Origin: Macrostomum lignano
Taxonomy: Eukaryota
Direction of reading: 5' to 3'
Assembly: GCA_002269645.1 (NCBI GenBank)
Contig: NIVC01003789.1
Location: 1 to 64,000 of the forward strand
DNA length: 64,000 nt
Of this stretch, positions 53,628 to 63,476 are shown one piece after another. The position numbers and the translations under genes are program-made. The stretch's first letter is position 1. Every line of letters starts with the position of its first letter. Under the pieces are notes generated by a model, which was not told the DNA's origin, did no database searches, and saw only the letters and a program-made list of their open reading frames with translations.

Positions 53628-56600
53628 CCATCTAATTTATTAGGTCCGGGTTGTTGGACATGACAACGTCCTGTGTTGAGCTGCGGAACACGTTTGGACC
53701 GACGCCGTGGCGACCCAACACTGCAACGGAACGACATTTTGGTTCCGTTTCGTGTGCAAAACACAAAAACGTCGCCGCCATCTGGGCTGGCGCCGAAGCC
53801 CGCGCTGTGTCGCCACTTGAGCAGCAGGTTAACAAAGGACGTCGGCAGGCAGAGGACGCTGCAGCTGCAGGGCTGTCCCGGAGGGGACACAGCGGGAAGG
53901 CGCGGGCGCCCATTCCGCTAGTCCCTGAACAGCCGACGCGTCGCTATGGACGGAGGGTTGGCGCCGCCCAGGGAGGTCCCCCAGTGTCGCCAGCAGCTAT
54001 AGTGCTCTCTGGAAAGGAGAGTTCAGCCCTGCGGGTGGCCCGAAGGTAGCGCATGAGCTGATTAAAGTTTTCGGGTTTGCACGCTTCAGTAATAGATGTG
54101 TGTGGCCCGAGGTAAGTGAGTCTGGCCCGCGTGAAGGCGGGACAGATGCTGACGAAATGCTCAGCGGTTTCGTCACCTGAGTTGCAGAAACTACAGGTGG
54201 CGTTGGTGGCGTTGCCCTGCAGGTGCTGGTGCCTGGAGAAGCAGCCGTGACCAGAGAGGTTCATGGTGGCAGCCCGGATGTCTCTGCGCGAGAGGCGCAA
54301 GAGGAGCTTCCGGAGCTGGTGAGAGGGCTGAGGGACAGCGCCTCTGGATTGCCTGCAGGTAGTGCAGTTCGCCCAAGTCGAGCGGTGCTGGGTCCTGATC
54401 CACGCTTTGATGCGCGAGTCGATGACACAGCCAGGAATCGGGACAAGGGGTTCGGGACCGAGAGAGGAGCCGGAGGCACCAACTTTTGCAAGGGTGTCAG
54501 CCAACTCATTTCCTCGGATCCCCACATGCCCCGGAACCCACTTAAGGGTAATTTTGTTGGTGGAACCCAACACGTTGAGGAGTTTGATACAGTCGAGGAC
54601 TGTTGCAGAGTTGGTACTGCAGCCACTGATGGCGTGCAAGGCGGCTTGGCTGTCCGAATGGAAAATGATGTTCTTACCAGTAACGCCAGTGGCGAGAAGC
54701 TCTGCAGTGCAGGAGCTGATGGCCAGAACTTCATTTTGAAAATCACTGGAGTTGACCCCAGTGTATTGAGCGTGGGTAGCGATGACCTTCCCGTTCAGAA
54801 AGATTCCAACACCAAAGCCGGTGTTGGCTGACTGCTTAGAACCGTCGGTGTAACAATGAAGCTCACCAAGGTTCCATTGGTCATTGATGTTATCGCGCGA
54901 GTCGATAGCTACGGAGTAGCGCTGTCTCAGGTTGAGCGTTGAGGCAATGCGATCGGTGAAGACGCGATTGGCCTGACACTCGTTGAGAAAGTTGAGGCTC
55001 AGGTCGCTATGCGGGACAAGGTTCCGCTTAGCAGGTGCTCTCATGTAAATGAATTTGACGCCGGCATCAATTAGACGCCGCGTCGTTCTAGCCGCCTCAC
55101 CCCTGACGAAGAGGTCAAGAGGCGGTAGATTAAGGAAGGCCCCCATGCCAGCAAAGGGCGTGGACCTGGTGGCGTTGCAGATGAGCCTACACGCTCTGCC
55201 TTGGATCGTGTTGAGCAGGTCTGCATGGCTTTTGACCTGGGTAGCGCTAACCCAGACAACCGAGGCGTACGTAATGGCAGGTCTAACTACGGAAGTATAG
55301 ATCCACCAAAGCCGCTTTGGGGATAGACCCCAAGAAGTGCCAAGTGCTCGTCGGAGCTGGGCCAGGATGGCTGAGGCACGCTTGGCTTTTGCTTTCACGT
55401 GGTAGGACCAGTTGAGCCGGTGGTCAAGTGTGACCCCGAGACATCTGGTCTGGTGCGCGAAGGCAATATCTCTGCCGTAGAGCTGCAGAGGACGTATGTT
55501 CCAGCGTAGTCTGCTGGTAAACATAATGGCAACGGTTTTGGGCTCAGAGAGTTCCAGACCATTGTCATTGGCCCAGGATTCTGCTTTGCGGATAAAGCTC
55601 TGCATCAGATCCCTGAGCGTGCTGGGAGACGGTCCTGCCACAATGGCCGTGACGTCATCAGCATACCCGACTTTGAAGACGGGGTCGGGTCGGGAGTCAC
55701 TCAGAAGAGCGTCCATGACCAGGTTCCAGAGCGTCGGGGTGAGGACTCCGCCTTGGGGTCCACCCTTACAGACTCTGGTGGAGGCAGTTTGCCCAAGAAG
55801 TTGGGCAGTGACCGTACGGTTGGAGATCATGTACATGATCCACCGTATGAGGGTAGCATGAGCTTTGCGATTTTGAAGGGCCCTCTGAAACGCTTCAAAG
55901 ATAACGTTGTCGAAGGCGCCAACAATGTCAAGAAAGAGAGCCAGGGCGTAACCGTCACCCAGTACCGCCCGTTCAATCTTCTCGACAATCGCATGCAGGG
56001 CGCTGTCAGTCGACCTCCCGGTACGGAAGGCGTGCTGATTATTGCTGAGGGGCATCGCTGTCAGCTCGCAGGAGAGCAGCCGCCAGAGAATAAGCCTCTC
56101 AGTGAGCTTAAGCATTGCTGACGTTAAGCTAATAGGCCGGAAGGCCTTGACGCTTTGGTAGTCACCCTTCCCAGGTTTGGGAATAAAGACTACCCGAGCT
56201 TCAGTCCAGCATTTGGGAACGTATCCCAGCTGGATAGAGGCCCGCATAAGATTGCGGGTGAGTCTCAGGAACGAGGGTATCTTGGCTGCTTCACGAAGGA
56301 GAACAGGGTAGATACCATCAGGTCCAGGAGATTTGAAGGGTTTGAAGGTTCTGACCGCACGAGCGATTAGGTCTTCAGTGACAATGCCCGCCGCTAGGGT
56401 GGCTCCATCCATCGAATGGTTGGACTCCGGTCTAGCAGTAGGTACCCTCGGGAAGAATGTGCTAAGCATATGCTGAAGCACTTCTTCAGGGTCTTTAGTA
56501 AGAGAGCCATCATCTTTTTTTATCATGGCTAATTTGGACATTTTGTCCATTGTAAGGGCCTTGACAAGCCTAGAAGTAGGTCTGTCTTGATCCAATTCAT

Positions 56601-57225
56601 TGCAGAATTGGCGCCACTTACATTCCTTGGCCTTGCGCACTTCAGATTTGAAATTGCGGGAGGCTTGCCGGAAAAGCTCCATGTCCTCCGGGTTTCCGGT
56701 CTTCATGACACGGCGATGAAGGCTTTTGGCCTTCCGCCTGAGTTTCCCCAGGTCCGGGTTCCACCACGGCGCCGAGGTCTTGCCTTTGTAGGCGCGAGCA
56801 GGACAAGCCGCTTCGTAGGCTGCAATAATGCAACCTGTCAGCGTCTCAGCCATATGATCCACATCCTCGCAGGTCTCAATCGGACGTAAGTCCGTGAGTT
56901 CCTGCAGGTGCAGATCAAGGGCAGCCTTGTAGGCCGCCCAATCAGTGTTGCGGATATTGCGTCTCCAAGTGATCGGAGACTGGGTTTTAGTATCCGCGAT
57001 GTTAAAGGCGATAAAGCAGTGGTCAGACAGGGAGGGCTCCTCAGACCAGACTCTCCACTCCTCAACTCTGTCAAAGAGTCTTGGGGTAACGAGTGTGGCG
57101 TCGAGGACCTCGGTCCATCTGCCATTATTAAAGGTAGGAGTGCTGCCGCGGTTGCAGAGCATGAGGTTTGTGTTAGAGATGAGGGCCAGAAGCTCCTCTC
57201 CTCTAGTGTTGGTATCGGATGATGC
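53628..57225 (-). mobile_element. 5'-truncated non-LTR retrotransposon with RNase H (I-group; Loa/Lian-like)
   Basis: 9-bp TSD ACAGTGACG at 53619-53627 and 57226-57234; starts in the APE C-terminus (SSDTNTRGEELL); ~316-bp 3' UTR ending AATAAATTAGATGG. Confidence 0.88.
53944..57222 (-). CDS. LINE ORF2: partial APE, RT, RNase H, CCHC finger
   Basis: KSPGPDGI, FRPISL, QHAFR, FLDIVGAFDNV, GGPQGGVLTPTLW, GYADD, CYTDGS..EVLAI..SDSQAAL..WVPGH..GNELADTLAK, CSFC..ETAEHF..C; >1070 aa uninterrupted. Confidence 0.93.
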   Translation of the reverse strand, partial: SSDTNTRGEELLALISNTNLMLCNRGSTPTFNNGRWTEVLDATLVTPRLFDRVEEWRVWSEEPSLSDHCFIAFNIADTKTQSPITWRRNIRNTDWAAYKAALDLHLQELTDLRPIETCEDVDHMAETLTGCIIAAYEAACPARAYKGKTSAPWWNPDLGKLRRKAKSLHRRVMKTGNPEDMELFRQASRNFKSEVRKAKECKWRQFCNELDQDRPTSRLVKALTMDKMSKLAMIKKDDGSLTKDPEEVLQHMLSTFFPRVPTARPESNHSMDGATLAAGIVTEDLIARAVRTFKPFKSPGPDGIYPVLLREAAKIPSFLRLTRNLMRASIQLGYVPKCWTEARVVFIPKPGKGDYQSVKAFRPISLTSAMLKLTERLILWRLLSCELTAMPLSNNQHAFRTGRSTDSALHAIVEKIERAVLGDGYALALFLDIVGAFDNVIFEAFQRALQNRKAHATLIRWIMYMISNRTVTAQLLGQTASTRVCKGGPQGGVLTPTLWNLVMDALLSDSRPDPVFKVGYADDVTAIVAGPSPSTLRDLMQSFIRKAESWANDNGLELSEPKTVAIMFTSRLRWNIRPLQLYGRDIAFAHQTRCLGVTLDHRLNWSYHVKAKAKRASAILAQLRRALGTSWGLSPKRLWWIYTSVVRPAITYASVVWVSATQVKSHADLLNTIQGRACRLICNATRSTPFAGMGAFLNLPPLDLFVRGEAARTTRRLIDAGVKFIYMRAPAKRNLVPHSDLSLNFLNECQANRVFTDRIASTLNLRQRYSVAIDSRDNINDQWNLGELHCYTDGSKQSANTGFGVGIFLNGKVIATHAQYTGVNSSDFQNEVLAISSCTAELLATGVTGKNIIFHSDSQAALHAISGCSTNSATVLDCIKLLNVLGSTNKITLKWVPGHVGIRGNELADTLAKVGASGSSLGPEPLVPIPGCVIDSRIKAWIRTQHRSTWANCTTCRQSRGAVPQPSHQLRKLLLRLSRRDIRAATMNLSGHGCFSRHQHLQGNATNATCSFCNSGDETAEHFVSICPAFTRARLTYLGPHTSITEACKPENFNQLMRYLRATRRAELSFPESTIAAGDTGGPPWAAPTLRP

Positions 57226-57833
57226 ACAGTGACGTGGAGAGCAAATCTATTGCGCAGCTGGATCATCGACTGCTGCGACGCGGACAAAGCATCGTCGTCG
57301 GTGTCCTCGCCGTCGTCTGCGCTGGTGTTACCGCTAATGCTGCTGCTGCTGCTGCTGCTGCTGTCTGAAGCATTTGCGTCATCGTCGGCTGCGGCGGCGG
57401 CGGCGGCGGCGGCGGCATCGCCAATTTCGTCTGCAGCAGCCCTAACGACTTGGTCTGCGGCGCTCCCCAGTAGTCGAGCACGAGAACTGCTACCGCCGTA
57501 ACCGAATTGCTCGACGAGCTTGCTGTAGTCGGCAAGCACGAGGCGCCATTCTTCGCTGGTCAGCAGCTTTTTCTGCTTTTTCGCGTGGTGTTCAGGGGCG
57601 TCAAGCTTACGATAAAAGTCGTGTTGCATCCGGAGCACTCGCAGGCGCTTTTTAAATAGCAAACAGCGCTCCTCCAGATTGTCGGCGATATCGGCTGGTA
57701 GGCGAAGACGCCGAATAACCAGCAGGCGATGCCCGGGATCGTCTTCGATGTAGAGAATAATAAAGCGCATACATTTAATCAGCGACCGTGCCGATGCTGC
57801 TACTAGTCTGGCGTAGAGCGTCTGCGGCGGCAT
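57226..57833 (-). CDS. Orphan ORF (MPPQTLYARL..., ~204 aa) whose last codons were separated by the LINE
   Basis: Helical/basic N-half and acidic Ala/Ser-rich C-half; rejoining at the TSD gives ..ALHVTV* (stop at 53617-53615). Confidence 0.55.
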
Positions 57834-58335
57834 TTGGGTCAGCCAGACAGAATAGAAAGTCTCTTGGAGGCTGCGGCTGAGTAGTCGGCGACTCCGAGCA
57901 TGCAGAAGCCTCAGCTATTGGCTGCGGCGGCGGCGGCGGCGGCGGCGGCGGAAGAGTCGCTGCGGCATCTTGGTCATCGCTGCAGTCGTAATTTTCACCG
58001 TCCACGGCTGTGGAGGCCGAATATGGTACTTTCGCCATCTTCTCAAAGCTTGATAGTACCAGGTCGGCGATTGCTTTCCACTTCTCCTCAAAGCCGTCGA
58101 TGTTTTGATCGTGAACACCTGTCGAAGGGTCGTAGTATAGCGATCTCAGCACTCTTAGCTGCAGCACGGCTGGCGAATCGGGTCTGAATGGCGCGGACAG
58201 GGAGCCGCGTTTCTTCTTTTCGGCAGCAGCGGTGGCAGCGTCGATGCCAGTGGCGGCGGAGATGGCGGACGCCTCGTTTGGCGGCGGGTCGGCAGACGCT
58301 GGTGTTGCTTTGGCTGCGGCGGCGGCGGATTCCAT
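57775..58335 (-). CDS. Orphan ORF (MESAAAAAKA..., 186 aa) overlapping the next ORF by 59 bp
   Basis: Open frame with a non-low-complexity core (LRVLRSLYYDPSTGVHDQNIDGFEEKWKAIADLVLSSF); acceptor-like cag 15 nt upstream of the ATG. Confidence 0.5.
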   Translation of the reverse strand: MESAAAAAKATPASADPPPNEASAISAATGIDAATAAAEKKKRGSLSAPFRPDSPAVLQLRVLRSLYYDPSTGVHDQNIDGFEEKWKAIADLVLSSFEKMAKVPYSASTAVDGENYDCSDDQDAAATLPPPPPPPPPQPIAEASACSESPTTQPQPPRDFLFCLADPNAAADALRQTSSSIGTVAD

Positions 58336-59761
58336 CTTTCGGTGCTTGGCCTGTCGAGTTATTAAAGGATAGAATGGCTATATGCTGAGTAGTATATGGC
58401 CCTAACACAGCTGCTCGCTAATACACAACTGCCCGCTAATACACGACTGCTCCTTATCCCGATTCCGAGTCAATATGCGTCTATGGCAGCCCGCAGGTAC
58501 ACAGTGTATGCCCGAATTTACACGTCGCAACTGCTCACCTGGTGCTTGTCGCTATCCCTAAACCAGCACGCTGTGATAAATAGGCAATTAGATAATAGCA
58601 TGCACGGTAAGCAATTATTTAGGCCCTAGACAAACCTACTTGGAGCGTTTGGAGATTTTAAAGCTATTAATCCTAATCGCCTATCGCCGGTCGGCGAGTC
58701 CTACCAGTCTTTCTCCAATAGCCGCAGGTACAGTACAAGAAAAGAAAGAACACGAGGGAACACAAACCAAAAGATTTAGAGAGTGATAATCCTATATGAT
58801 ACAACTGATAATTGGCTAGACGATTTAATTTGATTACTCAAGTTACAGGATTCAAGCAATTTCGCGGCGCAGATAATTAGACTGATGATAACGAATAGTA
58901 ACGATTAATAATAATGATTATATTACGCACTGACAAGCGGATCTCAGCTTGAAGAAGAAGAAGGAGGCACCGAACACGACCACGGAGAAGACTCCTAACC
59001 CCTGGCCTAAGCCAGAACCTACACTCAAACGAGAGCCCTGCCGAACCGACCGTTCAACGGAGTACCGACTAAATTCTATCGGCACTGCCCTTCAGTGTAA
59101 CACTGAGGCCCTCGGGGTCGAGGCCGCGTACTTGATCAGATCCGACAGTCTCTATCTAACCGCGCTTGATAGCGACGACTTCAGACAGAAATTTGCCGTA
59201 GACGTTACGCCACAAGACTACTGCGGTTGGGCGGGAACAAAAAAATATGGACCGGGGGTGATGAATTCAGGCGCCTCAAAGCGCGAACCAACAAGAGAGG
59301 AGAAATCGGGCCACCGGCCGGGAACTGGACAAGACAAAACCGGGGAAAGGGAGCGAGAAGAAGGCGAGATCCGATTGCCAAAACACACTTTCATATATAG
59401 TCAGAGTCGCAACCCCTCAAAACCCCCTCAAGCCGGGTGGTGGTCGTCTGGCCGGCCGCTTGCTTAAGCCGAATTGCACTGTGCCCGCGGCGCCGGGTAG
59501 AATTGAAACTTGCCGCGTGCCAGGGTCCAGGCCGGTTCTGATTGGCTGGCCGCACAAAGCTGGGGTTCGCAGACAAACTCAACCCTCCGCTGAGTCACAA
59601 ATGGCGTCTGACGTCTAGCCTGTTTACGCAAAATTGATTCTAACTAACAAGGAAAAAGTACACCAAAAACGTATGACTAAACTAAAGCAAAATAATAATT
59701 CAATAACAATAATGCAAAACCTAACTAATAGAATACAAGGCTATCGTAAAAGATGCTCACA

Positions 59762-60431
59762 CTACAACGCGCATTGCTCGCAATACGTTTCGGTTCTTGC
59801 ATGCTTCTTCGAGCTGATGGTCTGCTCACTTCTAAGGATCAGGCTGCGCCAGTGCCAGTCCACGCGCTGCTTTGTAGACCAGCCGGCAGCCGTGTCCTTT
59901 ACATTGGCGCTCACGGGGCGAGCCAGGCACCAGGCAGCATGCTTCGCCGTAAAGTGGCGTTTAAGTGCATCCATTCGCATGATAACGGAACATCCATCTG
60001 CAGGACACACTCGCTTCTTGCTGCTGCTGCTGCTGTTGCTGGCATCGGCGCTGGCGGCGGATGCACCTGCAGCAGCTGTAGCCGAGGAGGCAGCATCCGT
60101 AGCAGCAGGCACTGCTGTTTTGCCTATTGTTGAGTTTATTAGACGAGGAAACAATATATATAGGTTCTGATACGTGGAAAGAGCGCACGAATATAAAATT
60201 GTCCCGCACACGCACGCACGCACAATTATTTCCAGGCAAAGGCGTGCTCACCTGTTGTTGGAATCATTATTACCGCCGACCTGTTCGGCGGCGAAATCAG
60301 CGGGCTGTTACGCTGGCTACAAGGCACGCCAGCAGCTGGTATTGGTGGCCAACAGAAACTAGCCGAATATACCTGTTCAGCGGCGGCGGCGATTGGTGGA
60401 GCAGCTGCTTCAGACTCGTGCTCGCTGGTGG

Positions 60432-60466
<35 letters not shown>

Positions 60467-60513
60467 TCAGCTGCGGCGTCGTCGCCAAAGAGGAGGCGCA
60501 GAAAGCTGAACAT
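59762..60513 (-). CDS. Spliced C2H2-type zinc-finger protein; exons 60513-60252, 60123-59762
   Basis: CAG|gtgagc donor and ttcctcgtctaataaactcaacaatag|GC acceptor join IPT-G-KTAV in frame; CPADGCSVIMRMDALKRHFTAKH; terminal CEQC. Confidence 0.6.
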
Positions 60514-61794
60514 TTGCGGAAATGTATGGATATGAATGTGGCACTTTATCCTTAAGTTAAAGTTAAGTTAAGTTAAGTCAAAGGCTCTAATGTTCGCGCC
60601 TGCTAAAGCCGCAGAAATTATGTGGATTATACGAGTTGTTGGTTGCTTGCAGCGGGCGGGGTACAGAAATGCTGGACCTCTTTAAGAATGAACTGCAGTG
60701 GTTGAGGAGGGGAACGGTCTGGGTCTAGAGTCTGCGATCGATGCATAGTCTATGGTTTAAACCCCCCCCTACTAAAACAGTACACTGAGTGTGTCTAACG
60801 AAGTAGAGAAGAGGGACGGTCCGGGGTCTATAGTCTATGGTTAACCCCCCCCCCCTAAAAGCAGCACGCTAGCTGAGTGAGTCTACAACGAAGTATTGAA
60901 TCGATACTCAAAGTATACAGTTTAGTAGTTCCAAAAGGTGGTTTTCAAAAGGAGATGTAGATTGCTTGTTTCATATATTTCAAAAAGAGGGTGTCGAAAA
61001 TCGCAACGAGATTAATACTTACTACCGCCGGTATTGAGACTGTAAAATTGTATATACGCGGCACATTAGCCACAACAAAACTGCAGACAACAACAATATT
61101 GCAATATAGAAACCCACGAGAATGGAAATGCCCCAAAAATACCCCTTTAAGTATGAAACAAGACGAACTGGTGCTATTCCTTCCTTTAAAAGCGATAACT
61201 AAAAAACACACAAAAACAAAGGGAAAGTATAACTGTTACAGCTACTAATCGCCTCTGCATGGCTTGGATGTGCCATTTATCTTTTTATGGGAATGTTGCT
61301 AAGCACAATTTCGCGATAGTGCTACTGTGCCAACACGCCTTACGGAAATGTATGAAAATGAATGTAGCACTTTTCCGATGTTTTGTCTGGCACTTTATCC
61401 TTAGTTACAGTAGCGTTAAGGCTCTAATGCTCGCGCCTGCTAAAGCAGCAAAAGGTGCACATAAAGCTGCAGAATAGTTGAATTTTTACTGTCCCTGCAG
61501 TGGCTCGTATAATAGCTGTAACACGAAATTGTTGGAACTTGAACGGCCAAATGTGAACTTTGTTGCGTTGCTGACGCACGAGTAATATTACCTAGCTTTG
61601 TGTTTACCTGCGTTCTACGGCGCATCCTGCACTATGTGAGCAGCCTAGCAACAACAACAAAATCCACTACTAATGCATATAAGGCCGGCTTGATTGCTAG
61701 GAGGGGAATCGGGATTTGGGAATATTTAAGGGCAGGGAAAGCAGTGCGTCATCGTTTATCTGCCCCGTTGTTCATCAATCCAGCTAATCAAGCT

Positions 61795-62655
61795 CTAATC
61801 AGACTCTGCGCGAGCATCATCCTGCAGCTGGCAGCCGGTGCACCGGAATATGTCGTGCTTCACGTGAATACACTGGCCGCCGGAGTTGACCCGCCTGACA
61901 AAGTCTATGGGCAGATCGGCGGGAGGGACATGGCCAGCGAGCATCACCGGGCCGCTCCATTCAGTCAGAATGAGGGCCTTGTGCTTGGCGTTGATGGTAA
62001 ATTTATCGCGATTGAGCAGCAGAAGCAGCTGCTGCGAGGAGGCCTGCGAGACGCTTAGCTCATCAAAGAACAGACACCTATGAATGCCCAGGCGCAGACC
62101 GTCGAAGGCAAAACCCTCGTCAAGGTTCGGAGTGAATACGGTCTCACGACCAAAATGCAGGCCCACCATTGCTGATTTGCCCACTCCACTGGCACCCCAT
62201 AGGTACAGGATTGAGGGCACAACTACAGTCTGCCGCATCGCTGTGCAGATTGCCTGCTGAATCGCGCAGCTTCCACCTAGCGCGATGCGGTGTGTTGCCA
62301 CATTGCTGCACCCCGGCTGATCCGTATTTGAAGCGGCTGTGTCGCCGCGTGGAGGCACCTGCATGCATTGTACAGGCAGAGGGTGACATGCCCCGCACAT
62401 ACTCGGCCAGACAATGGTGCTGGGGAGCAGTGACACGCCGTGCTCTTCGGCACGAATTCTGCGCATCTGTTGCACCGTTGTAAAGTAATCCATGGTCTGC
62501 TTCAAAAGCAGTGGATTACCGCAGACGAGATGGGGGTCGTCTGGTCGCGGTGCCATACTCCCCAGCGGATATGACATAGCCCATCTGTACAGTTGGACAA
62601 CGCGGGACAGACAAGCGTCGTCGATTTCGGTGATGGCGGCTGTGGGGTCGTGCAT
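61795..62655 (-). CDS. Superfamily 3 helicase (CRESS-Rep/parvovirus NS1-like ATPase domain)
   Basis: Walker A LYLWGASGVGKS (62196-62173), FAFDG, Walker B CLFFDE (62073-62059), B' LLLLNRDKFTINAKHK, motif C-like PVMLAGH, Arg-finger-like FVRRV. Confidence 0.8.
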   Translation of the reverse strand: MHDPTAAITEIDDACLSRVVQLYRWAMSYPLGSMAPRPDDPHLVCGNPLLLKQTMDYFTTVQQMRRIRAEEHGVSLLPSTIVWPSMCGACHPLPVQCMQVPPRGDTAASNTDQPGCSNVATHRIALGGSCAIQQAICTAMRQTVVVPSILYLWGASGVGKSAMVGLHFGRETVFTPNLDEGFAFDGLRLGIHRCLFFDELSVSQASSQQLLLLLNRDKFTINAKHKALILTEWSGPVMLAGHVPPADLPIDFVRRVNSGGQCIHVKHDIFRCTGCQLQDDARAESD

Positions 62656-62664
62656 GGTCACCCG

Positions 62665-63476
62665 TCATATTTCGGCAGCTGCTGAGCGCACGCTCCTGAT
62701 CTCGGCGCATGTCCATCCCTGCACCGCAAAGGTGTGCAGGCTGGAGCCAGACGCGAAGAAGGAATTGTGCATGGCATTGGATCGCAAAAATATCAACAGC
62801 GATCGTGTCTTGTCCACAGGGCAAGATGGAGTCGGGGCGTACGCGTCAGTCATGTGCGCGGGAGTCAGCATAAATTCGTTATCTGCCAGGCCTTATTACA
62901 TACAGTAGTAGTAGTTGTTGTTTGTTGTGGTGGCGTTGGGGGATGGGTTAAAGAGTTTCTTAAAATCGCATGTTCTACGTAGAAGATAATTGTTATGAGT
63001 TTTTCAGACACTTGTGAAACGACGCAAACACTCACTCACTCACCTATGGCAAACTGTGTCGCGAAGTCGCCGCTCCAGGTGCCGTTGATCATCAGCTTCA
63101 TCTGGGGCGCGTTCTTGACGTAGTACAGCTGAATCACCGACATTGCACGATGCGAACGCCGGCTCGCATTAGCCGAAAACATTATGTCGTTTGGTATGGT
63201 GTCGCTGGGATGCAGCGACACGGACGATGCCAGAAGGCGCGAGCTCGTTCCCTTCGGCGAGGTGCTAGCCGGCTGCTGCTGCCGTTCCTCCCCCTCTTCG
63301 TGGAACAGTGGGATCTCGCCGGCCGGGCAGGTCGTCTCTGCGAGGTTATATTTAGCTGTCGCCTCCATCTCCCTGGCCGCCAGCTCGTAGCCAGAGGCCA
63401 AAGCCCGCTCGCGCTGCGTAGCACTCGACTGCGGTACGGCTGCGGCGGTGGCTCCTGTGTCGTCGGGAAACAACAA
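62665..63476 (-). CDS. Spliced upstream ORF in frame with the helicase; exons >=63476-63044 and 62882-62665
   Basis: ATA G|gtgagt donor (63043) and ggcag|AT acceptor (62883) join QFAI-D-NEFMLTPAH in frame; ends at TGA 62667-62665; further upstream exons probably extend beyond the window. Confidence 0.5.

Noticed and set aside
53632-53913. 93-aa ORF ending TAG immediately before an ATG (apparent stop-start coupling)
   Set aside because: The TSD places it in the LINE 3' UTR, so the coupling is an insertion artefact.
58949-59467. 172-aa plus-strand ORF
   Set aside because: TTG start, no recognisable motif, and it lies within a possible LTR-like insert on the opposite strand to the cluster.
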